Source: Promethearchaeum syntrophicum (GTDB taxonomy: Archaea; Asgardarchaeota; Lokiarchaeia; Sigyniarchaeales; Promethearchaeaceae). From it: a DNA stretch of 32,000 bases. The stretch lies in assembly GCF_008000775.2 (NCBI RefSeq), contig NZ_CP042905.2, positions 120,001 through 152,000 on the forward strand. Reading direction: 5' to 3'. The position numbers were made by a program, and so were the translations under genes. Within the stretch, counting starts at the first letter, position 1. Each line of letters starts with the position of its first letter. Below the pieces are notes generated by a model that was not told the DNA's origin, did not search any database, and worked only from the letters and a program-made list of their open reading frames with translations. Shown here one piece after another: positions 24,712 to 32,000 of this stretch.

Positions 24712-24834
24712 TGCGGGGAGAGGGATTTGAACCCTCGCGGCTCTACGCACTGGATCCTAAGTCCAGCATTCCACTTTCAATAGTAGATTCATAATTTCTA
24801 TTGAAATTCGTGGACCAGACTTGATTATCCCCGC
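24712..24834 (-). tRNA. tRNA-Leu (UAG), class II, with non-canonical D-arm intron
   Basis: Reverse-complement fold: acceptor GCGGGGA/TCCCCGC, anticodon arm CTGGA-CTTAGGA-TCCAG, long variable arm TGCGTAGAGCCGC, T-arm GAGGG-TTCAAAT-CCCTC, discriminator A. The D-arm is only restored after removing 39 nt. Confidence 0.85.
24769..24807 (-). other. tRNA-Leu intron (39 nt) in the 3' side of the D-stem, with hBHBh' motif
   Basis: On the tRNA strand the order is: CCAC / bulge GAA / 9-bp helix TTTCAATAG...CTATTGAAA / GTGG / bulge AAT. Cleaving after the second bulge nucleotide joins ...CCACGA to TGCTGGA..., which recreates D-stem ATC/GAT and G26. Confidence 0.75.
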
Positions 24835-24919
24835 TAAGAAAAATAAGTGAAAATTGACCAATAAAGATAAATATTTAAATTCTACAATAAATATAAAAAT
24901 TCTTAATTAGATTTTTGAT

Positions 24920-25402
24920 ATGAACGGTAAAAGTAATGATCTTGGATTATATGCTTTGCATTTAAATCAAGATGACCCGAAAAAAAATACAATTTTAAGA
25001 CTAAACAGATTTAATTTGATTAAATTAGGTAAGAAATTATCACAATTTCCCAAAAATGCAATTGTATTGGATCCTTTTAGCAATAATGTAATAGAATTTC
25101 AAGACAGAAATAATATAAAGAAATCTGGAATCATTGTAATCGATTGTTCTTGGACACAGATTGACTTAGTATTTAATCGTAAATTTAAGATGGGTAGAAA
25201 GCTCCCGCATTTATTAGCCGCAAATTCGGTAAATTATGGAAAATGGGATAAATTGAGCTCAGCAGAAGCTCTCGCAGCAGCGTTGTTTATAACTGGGTTT
25301 AAAAATGAAGCTGAAGAACTCCTTTCAAAATTTCCTTGGGGAAAGTCATTTTGGGAGATAAATAAAGATTTTCTAAATGAAGGATTAAAAAAAGATAAAT
25401 GA
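24920..25402 (+). CDS. tsr3: Tsr3-like SSU rRNA aminocarboxypropyltransferase (DUF367)
   Basis: Contains LYALHLNQDDPKKNTILRL, VLDPFS, IIVIDCSWTQ and LLAANSVNYGKWDKLSSAEALAAALFITG, all characteristic of Tsr3/DUF367. Confidence 0.75.
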   Translation: MNGKSNDLGLYALHLNQDDPKKNTILRLNRFNLIKLGKKLSQFPKNAIVLDPFSNNVIEFQDRNNIKKSGIIVIDCSWTQIDLVFNRKFKMGRKLPHLLAANSVNYGKWDKLSSAEALAAALFITGFKNEAEELLSKFPWGKSFWEINKDFLNEGLKKDK

Positions 25403-25405
25403 TTA

Positions 25406-26995
25406 TTAATTCTTACTTGATGAGCGTATGTAATCATCAATTCTAATGAAACTTATAGCCATTTCAGTCGCTAATGAAAATATCTCAGTTTTTACGGATG
25501 ATGATTCAATGATACCACATTCATGTGTATTTACAATTTCGCCAGAAATAGAATCAAACCCACTGAAAATTTTCTTTGAATAGTCGATTTGAGCTCTCAA
25601 ATTTGTTATATAATCCAGAGAATCTTTCCCTGAATTTTCAATTATTGTTTTTGGAATAATTTCAAGAGCATCTGCATAATTTTCTATAGCTATTTGTTGT
25701 TTACCACCCATTTTTTGAGCAAATAATTGTAAATTCCTTCGCAATTCAATTTCAATGGAACCTGCTCCACCTACTATTTCAGGATTTTCAATAACCGATT
25801 TTACTACACCCAAACCATTTTTAAATGCCCGTTCAGCATCATCTACAATGAGTTCTGTTCCCCCTCTAATTAGAATAGTCAGAGATTTTGGATCTTTACA
25901 TTCTTCAACAAAAATCATATTATCTTTACCAATTTTTTGCTCAGAAACCATTTTTGCTTTTCCTAAATCATTGTTTTGAATGCTTTTTATTCGTGTAATT
26001 ATTTTTGCACCAGTTGCATGTGATAATTTAACCATATCAGAATGCTTAACACGTCGAATTGCCATTATATTTGATTTAGCTAAATAATGTTGTGCCATCT
26101 CGTCAATTCCTTTTTGACAAAAAACTACATTTACTCCAGTAGAAATTAATGCATCTACAAGATCTTTGATCAAATTTTCTTCTTGTTTTAAAAATCCACT
26201 GATTTCATTCGGATTTGAAATTTGGATTTCAGATGAAAAATCGGTTTTTATAATCTCCAAAGCACCATCAATTAAAGCAATTCTAGCATTTTTTATATAT
26301 TTAGGCATAATTGGACTTACAACCTCTTTATCTACAATTATACCCTTAATCAATTGAGAATTGGATAAACCTTCTCCTTCTTTTTTTATTAATTGAATAT
26401 TGTCTAAATCCACATAGGGGTTATCTCCCCTCATTTCAGTAATATTGGAAATACATTCAACTATCATATTAGCAAAATAAGAGGTAGAACTGAAGAGATT
26501 TTTAGTATTCAAAGTTGTTTTTGCTATATTTTTTAGAATCTCATTATCATTCCTTTCAATTTTTATGGATATGATATTTAAAAGTCTTTTAATTTCTTTT
26601 AGAGCATGAATATACCCTTCATAAATTAATGTTGGAGAAATATCAACTGAAATCATTTCATAAGTTCGTTTCATTAATTCTCCTAAGAAAATTACTGTTG
26701 AGCTCGCTCCATCGCCAACTTTTTTATGAATAGTTTTTGAGAGATCAACAACCATTTTTGCTGCAGGATTTTCTATGTTTAATTCTTCCAGAATTTTTGC
26801 ACCATCACCAGTGACTGTAACTTCATTCATTGAATCGACAATCATTTTGTTTAAACCTTTAGGACCTAATGTAGTTCGGATTGATTCTGCAACAGTTTTA
26901 ATTGCTTCTATATTTATTGACAATGCATTTCTTCCTTTCAAACGTTCAGTATTTTGTTTTAAAATATAGACGGGGTTACCAGATAGATTTGACAT
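25406..26995 (-). CDS. ths: Thermosome / group II chaperonin (CCT-like) subunit
   Basis: Contains TTLGPKGLNKMIV, VTGDGAKILEEL, GDGASSTVIFLGEL, VGGAGSIEIEL and AIENYADALEIIP. Confidence 0.95.
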   Translation of the reverse strand: MSNLSGNPVYILKQNTERLKGRNALSINIEAIKTVAESIRTTLGPKGLNKMIVDSMNEVTVTGDGAKILEELNIENPAAKMVVDLSKTIHKKVGDGASSTVIFLGELMKRTYEMISVDISPTLIYEGYIHALKEIKRLLNIISIKIERNDNEILKNIAKTTLNTKNLFSSTSYFANMIVECISNITEMRGDNPYVDLDNIQLIKKEGEGLSNSQLIKGIIVDKEVVSPIMPKYIKNARIALIDGALEIIKTDFSSEIQISNPNEISGFLKQEENLIKDLVDALISTGVNVVFCQKGIDEMAQHYLAKSNIMAIRRVKHSDMVKLSHATGAKIITRIKSIQNNDLGKAKMVSEQKIGKDNMIFVEECKDPKSLTILIRGGTELIVDDAERAFKNGLGVVKSVIENPEIVGGAGSIEIELRRNLQLFAQKMGGKQQIAIENYADALEIIPKTIIENSGKDSLDYITNLRAQIDYSKKIFSGFDSISGEIVNTHECGIIESSSVKTEIFSLATEMAISFIRIDDYIRSSSKN

Positions 26996-27113
26996 TTATA
27001 TCACGAATATTTTTTCTAGGAAGTCTAAGTCATGAAAAATTTAAATTTTTTTTGATTTTAAAAATCGATATTTTAATATTTTTTTTGTTATTAATGATGA
27101 GAAGGTAGAAAAT

Positions 27114-29693
27114 TTGGAAAATTTATCCATTATGTATGTTCTAGTTATCAAGGGAGATTTATGGTTCTATATTTCAATTCTTGCAGATTTATTAGGAATT
27201 TTCCTTATTATTGTTCAACATTGTGCAATTCAAAATAATTTTCTGATTAGACTAAAAGAAGTTTCAATTTTTTATGAGTTTACATTTCTTTTTTCACTTA
27301 TTTTTTGGGGTTTAAAATTAATATATTTCTTAGAAATTGATTTCTTGTTAATATCGATTACAACTGTAATATTTTTATACAATTTTTTATTAAATATTTT
27401 TTTAAAACACAAAAAAATCCCTTCATTGAATTTGAAAAAACCTGATTTTAAAGATTATAAGAATGGGGAAATCAATTTAGGAACAATTCTTTATAATCGG
27501 GAAATTTTAAGACAATTTAAACTTAATATCGAAGATTTAAAAAGACATATAATTATTTATGGGCAAACCGGAACCGGTAAAACAACATTCCTTAATAATT
27601 TCCTTCATCATTTTGAGAAGATATATCCTAATATACATTTTATTTTATTTGAATTTAAAGGGGAATATGGGGACCTAATGAAAGATATTAAATCAATCAA
27701 TGTTATTCGACCCGGATTAAATTTTTTTTTTAACCCTTTTGATAATGACATTTTTCCCAAAGAAAACTATGTTGAGATTTTATTTGATGCTTTAAAATCT
27801 TGTCAAATCATAGAATCTAACAGTGATTTCTCTCCTCAGATGGAAAAAGTTCTAATTGATGCATTAAGAATAGTATGCTCGGATAAGAATAAACAATCCT
27901 GGGAATATTTCTTTAAAATACTTGATAGCTATGCTAAAAAGAATAAAAATAATATCCCCCAATTAAATCAAACGATTATTAGTATAACAAATCGATTAAG
28001 GAGATATTATGATGGACCATTAAAATCCCTCTTTGATTTTTCGTTAAAAACAAAGAAGATATCTGATTTATTGAAGCAAAATTATATAATTGATTTAGGG
28101 AGCATATTAAATTTAGGTGGTTCTAAAGAGGATGTTATTTTTTTCGCGAATTTAGTTCTCAAATGGATTTGGGAATATAATATGAAAAAAAAGCCTACAA
28201 ACGAATTAGAACATTTAACAATCTTCGAAGATGCTTCTTATATTGCTTCAAAGAAAATGTTAGAAACCACAAAAATTTCGACATATCTTGAAGATATTGC
28301 TATGCTTCTTCGTGGAAAAGGAGAAGCTTTGATAACTTTAACCACAACATTGGATATTAGTAAAAATATAATTAGAAATTCAGGATCTAAGTTTTTTTTT
28401 AAATTTAATGAAAAAAATGAAGATGTTATCCATTTTCTTGGATTTAGGAGTAATATTCCTTTAAAGACCAATGAACTGACAACTGGGTATTGTTTGGCAA
28501 AAATTGACTCAATTCCCGATGCTTTCTTATTGAAGATTAGAAATACAAATAAAAAAAAAAAATTAAAGAGGAAGACTAAGAATTTGAAAAAAAAAGACGA
28601 TCTAAAGATAATAAAGAAAAGCGAAGAATCTAAAAAAATTAAAGAAAATGATCTTATTGAAAAAAAACATATATTAGGTTCAACTTCTCTAAAATTCATT
28701 AACGACAGAATACAAAACATGTTAAAAATCGCTGAAAATTTGATCAAACAAAAAAAATATGATCAATGTGTAAAAAAAGTCTTTCTAGCGTACAAAGAAT
28801 TAATAATGAAGTATCGAAATTTCATAAAGATCCCTGAATTTACTACTATCGCTAATTTTTACGAAAAATTAAAAATGGATTTCTATTGGAAATATTCAAT
28901 ATTATGTAAAAACACTTTATTCTATATTAAACTAAGAGAAAATTACAAAAAAACAAAAAAAATTACATTAAATGAAGCTTCAATGTCTTTGGATAAATTA
29001 AAAATTATTTTTTATAAATTTCAAGAATTAGCAAATAATAATTTGAAGAATAATCATGAAAAAAATGAAGGTACAAATATGTGTAATCAAGAATTTAAAT
29101 CTGAAAAAAATAATTGTGGATATAACGTAAACTTATATTATTTCCATAGAATAATTGGTCCAGAATTATTTCACCAGATAGGATCAACTAGCTTTTCTGA
29201 AAATATGAATACACAAATTCCCAAATATATGGATATTAATATGGGAGAAATGAATGTATCAATTGAAAATTTCTGTTTTTATATTAATATATTTGAAATT
29301 GAATCACAATGGGCTAGAGGAAATAAAGAACTCTTAGAATTTGTAATTTTTTATGATCAAGAAAAACTTTCTGAGAAAGATATTTCAAAAAAAATTAAAA
29401 ACTTAGCCAGAAGCTTCGTATCTAAATTAAAATCAATTAATTCACTATATTTTGCTTTTTATATTGATGATTCAGAGAAATTAAAAGGAAACAGAGAGAA
29501 AATTACAAAAGAAGCCAAATTACTTAAAAAAGAATTATTGGAGTTCTATCAGATAATAAATAAATCAAATTTTACAAGGAATCCTATAAAAATAAAAAAA
29601 GAGTTCGAACATGGTAATTTATTCCCAATTTTCATGAAAATCGAAAACGAAATTCAAAAACTTCTGATCAAGGAGAATTCTCATACAAATTAA
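27114..29693 (+). CDS. Membrane-anchored P-loop ATPase of the HerA/FtsK/VirB4 type with Lys-rich linker and uncharacterised C-terminal half
   Basis: About 3-4 N-terminal TM helices, then Walker A RHIIIYGQTGTGKTTFL and Walker B-like HLTIFEDASYIA. A KKKKLKRKTKNLKKK linker is followed by ~330 aa with no motif I recognise. TTG start. Confidence 0.75.
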   Translation: MENLSIMYVLVIKGDLWFYISILADLLGIFLIIVQHCAIQNNFLIRLKEVSIFYEFTFLFSLIFWGLKLIYFLEIDFLLISITTVIFLYNFLLNIFLKHKKIPSLNLKKPDFKDYKNGEINLGTILYNREILRQFKLNIEDLKRHIIIYGQTGTGKTTFLNNFLHHFEKIYPNIHFILFEFKGEYGDLMKDIKSINVIRPGLNFFFNPFDNDIFPKENYVEILFDALKSCQIIESNSDFSPQMEKVLIDALRIVCSDKNKQSWEYFFKILDSYAKKNKNNIPQLNQTIISITNRLRRYYDGPLKSLFDFSLKTKKISDLLKQNYIIDLGSILNLGGSKEDVIFFANLVLKWIWEYNMKKKPTNELEHLTIFEDASYIASKKMLETTKISTYLEDIAMLLRGKGEALITLTTTLDISKNIIRNSGSKFFFKFNEKNEDVIHFLGFRSNIPLKTNELTTGYCLAKIDSIPDAFLLKIRNTNKKKKLKRKTKNLKKKDDLKIIKKSEESKKIKENDLIEKKHILGSTSLKFINDRIQNMLKIAENLIKQKKYDQCVKKVFLAYKELIMKYRNFIKIPEFTTIANFYEKLKMDFYWKYSILCKNTLFYIKLRENYKKTKKITLNEASMSLDKLKIIFYKFQELANNNLKNNHEKNEGTNMCNQEFKSEKNNCGYNVNLYYFHRIIGPELFHQIGSTSFSENMNTQIPKYMDINMGEMNVSIENFCFYINIFEIESQWARGNKELLEFVIFYDQEKLSEKDISKKIKNLARSFVSKLKSINSLYFAFYIDDSEKLKGNREKITKEAKLLKKELLEFYQIINKSNFTRNPIKIKKEFEHGNLFPIFMKIENEIQKLLIKENSHTN

Positions 29694-29761
29694 ACCTTTG
29701 ATTATTGGGGAGTTCGAAATTACAATAACTTTTTATGAGGTTTAATTGTATATTTTACCAT

Positions 29762-30973
29762 ATGTTGATTGGAATAGTTGGAAAGCCATCATCAGGTAAA
29801 AGTACTTTTCTAAATTCTGCTTGTTTAACTGAAGCTAAAGTGGGAAATTATCCTTTTACGACAATTGAACCGAACCTAGGAAAAGGTTTTGTACGGATAG
29901 AATGTATATGTAAAGAATTTAATGTAAAAGATAATCCTAAGAATTCGATTTGTAAAAATGGCATTAGATTTATCCCGATTAAACTTTTAGATGTTGCTGG
30001 GTTAGTCCCTGATGCTCATATTGGAAAAGGAATGGGTAATAAATTTCTTTCTGATTTATCACCTGCAGATGTATTATTACATATTATAGATATTTCTGGA
30101 AGTTTAGACGCTGAAGGGCAAGAAATTGATGAAGGATCGAGAGATCCAATAGAAGATATAAAGTTTTTAGAGAAAGAAATAAATTTTTGGTTTAGAGATA
30201 TTCTTATAAGAAAAGATTGGCAGAAATTTGTACGGAAAATTGAACAAGAAAAATTAAGCTTTGTTGATGTGTTTTATGAACGAATGGCAGGGATTTCTGT
30301 AAAAAAAGACCATATCTATTTAGCAATGAAGGAGTCTAATTTAGATTTTGAACATTTAACAGTTTGGAGTGATGAAGATATTTTACATTTTGCAACGAAA
30401 CTTCGTGAAATTTCAAAACCAATTATTATTATAGCAAATAAAGTTGATAAACCGAAAGGTGAAGAACTTTTAAAAAAGATCTCAAAGATTTATAAAAATA
30501 CTATCCCATGTAGTGCTTTAGCAGAACTTTGGCTAAGAAAATTTGCTGAAAAAGGAATGATTGAATATATGCCCGGGGACTCACATTTCAAGATTATTGA
30601 TAAGAACGGGTTATCTTCCCAAGAAATAGGTGCCCTAAAGAATATTGAAGATAAAATATTAAATAAATTTGGGAGTTCTGGTATTCAAGAAATAATAAAT
30701 TATGCAGTATTTAATGTTTTAAAACAAATAGTGGTCTATCCTGTATATGATCTTAATACATATTCTGATAAAGATGGAAATGTGTTACCAGATGCGCATC
30801 TTATTGAGAGTGGTACTAAATTAAAAGATTTTGTTGATGAAAAAATTCATTCTGATTTAGCAAAAAACTTTATTTATGGAATAAATGGACGTACAAAAAT
30901 GAGATTGGGTGAATCATATATTTTACAAAATCATGATATAGTTAGAATTGTGTCAGCTTCAAAAGGAAAATAG
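29762..30973 (+). CDS. Obg-family GTPase (YchF/Ygr210-like) with C-terminal TGS-like domain
   Basis: G1 GIVGKPSSGKST, G2 YPFTTIEPNLG, G3 LLDVAGLV, G4 IANKVDK, with a C-terminal LQNHDIVRIV TGS-like end. The start is taken at the ATG at 29762; the track start is 29735. Confidence 0.85.
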   Translation: MLIGIVGKPSSGKSTFLNSACLTEAKVGNYPFTTIEPNLGKGFVRIECICKEFNVKDNPKNSICKNGIRFIPIKLLDVAGLVPDAHIGKGMGNKFLSDLSPADVLLHIIDISGSLDAEGQEIDEGSRDPIEDIKFLEKEINFWFRDILIRKDWQKFVRKIEQEKLSFVDVFYERMAGISVKKDHIYLAMKESNLDFEHLTVWSDEDILHFATKLREISKPIIIIANKVDKPKGEELLKKISKIYKNTIPCSALAELWLRKFAEKGMIEYMPGDSHFKIIDKNGLSSQEIGALKNIEDKILNKFGSSGIQEIINYAVFNVLKQIVVYPVYDLNTYSDKDGNVLPDAHLIESGTKLKDFVDEKIHSDLAKNFIYGINGRTKMRLGESYILQNHDIVRIVSASKGK

Positions 30974-31239
30974 AAAACCAGAGAATTTGATTTTATATCC
31001 ATTTATTCATTATCACGTGATGATAAAGCAATATAAACCAGCAAAATAGCAATTAAACCTATGCTAAATAATTGTAATATTAATTTATACTGATCCATAT
31101 CCCAATCAGATATTTTAAGTGGAAAAAACATATTAATTCTAAAAACCCTCTTAAATAATTAAAAAATTTTGGTACATATTTTCTAGTACTCATTAACCTA
31201 TTTTTTATTAGGATATTAATTATATTTTACAATTTTAAA

Positions 31240-31312
31240 TGGACCCAGGGGAATTTGAATCCCCGACCCCCTGAGTGCAAGTCAGGTGCTCTACCAACTG
31301 AGCCATGGGCCC
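31240..31312 (-). tRNA. tRNA-Ala (UGC)
   Basis: A 73-nt cloverleaf: acceptor GGGCCCA/TGGGTCC with the G3:U70 alanine identity pair, anticodon arm CCTGA-CTTGCAC-TCAGG, T-arm GGGGA-TTCAAAT-TCCCC. It lies downstream of the 16S rRNA on the same strand. Confidence 0.9.
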
Positions 31313-31404
31313 TCTAAATCAAAAATTATTTGTAATTAAAAAATATTACAAAATTATTTACATTTAATATTATATCAAAAAGAACTTAAAAAAGAAAAAG
31401 AAGA

Positions 31405-31426
31405 TCTATGGGCAAATGCCCATAGA
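31405..31426 (-). other. Perfect palindromic hairpin in the 16S 3' trailer, followed on the RNA strand by a T-rich tract
   Basis: TCTATGGGCAAATGCCCATAGA forms a 9-bp stem with a 4-nt loop. On the minus strand it is followed by TCTTCTTTTTCTTTTTT (the complement of 31388-31404). Confidence 0.5.
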
Positions 31427-31434
31427 AATGTTGT

Positions 31435-32000
<566 letters not shown>

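Noticed and set aside
24400-25440. Short ORFs 24400..24591 (plus) and 25234..25440 (minus)
   Set aside because: They overlap the Roadblock and Tsr3 genes on the opposite strand and have no supporting features.
25755-26969. Plus-strand ORFs 25755..25979, 26166..26357 and 26775..26969 inside the thermosome gene
   Set aside because: They are antisense to a high-confidence group II chaperonin gene and have no motifs. These are typical shadow ORFs.
26902-27108. 68-aa plus-strand ORF spanning the thermosome start and the divergent intergenic region
   Set aside because: It mostly overlaps the thermosome N terminus in antisense. The remainder is AT-rich promoter-like DNA, and the translation is Phe/Leu/Ile low complexity.
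28238-28747. Minus-strand 169-aa ORF inside the ATPase gene
   Set aside because: It is antisense to the Lys-rich (AAA-rich) linker, giving a Phe-rich mirror product, and sits inside an 859-aa ORF with Walker motifs.
31017-31093. Possible C/D-box sRNA: GTGATGA at 31017-31023 and CTGA at 31090-31093
   Set aside because: The spacing (~77 nt) is long. I found no internal D'/C' boxes at guide-length spacing and no terminal stem. The boxes are short motifs expected by chance, and the region is equally explained by the micro-ORF on the other strand.

Overview
The window is a visibly AT-rich archaeal chromosomal segment. The only GC-rich islands are the RNA genes. Coding density is high and mostly informational or housekeeping. 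Protein genes include NAC, FtsZ, a translation and ribosome-biogenesis run (aIF2-beta, DUF424, NMD3, Rio1, KH/Dim2-like), two RPA-like ssDNA-binding proteins, a site-2 protease, TtuA/Ncs6-type and ThiI-like PP-loop enzymes, Pcm, a PfkB kinase, a PAC2 proteasome chaperone, Tsr3, a thermosome subunit and an Obg-family GTPase. RNA genes are five hand-folded tRNAs (iMet, Asn, Glu, Leu, Ala) and the 3' ~566 nt of a 16S rRNA that runs off the right edge. Three of the tRNAs carry introns, and the tRNA-Leu intron sits in the D-arm. Several genes have eukaryote-like architectures. These are a Rab-like small GTPase with a long Pro/Lys-repeat tail ending in a zinc ribbon, a tandem Roadblock/LC7 protein, a RING-like zinc-finger protein, an extended NAC, and OB+winged-helix RPA32-like and multi-OB RPA70-like proteins. 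Together with the archaeal core, this suggests an Asgard (Loki-type) lineage. That is an inference only, as no search was run. I saw no CRISPR array, integrase, transposase or obvious defence island. The best candidates for something undescribed are the zinc-ribbon-tailed GTPase locus (1.9-4.6 kb), the tandem Roadblock gene between intron-bearing tRNAs, the RING-like protein, and an orphan membrane-anchored HerA/FtsK-type ATPase with an unrecognisable C-terminal half. All calls come from reading the ORF translations and folding RNAs by hand.
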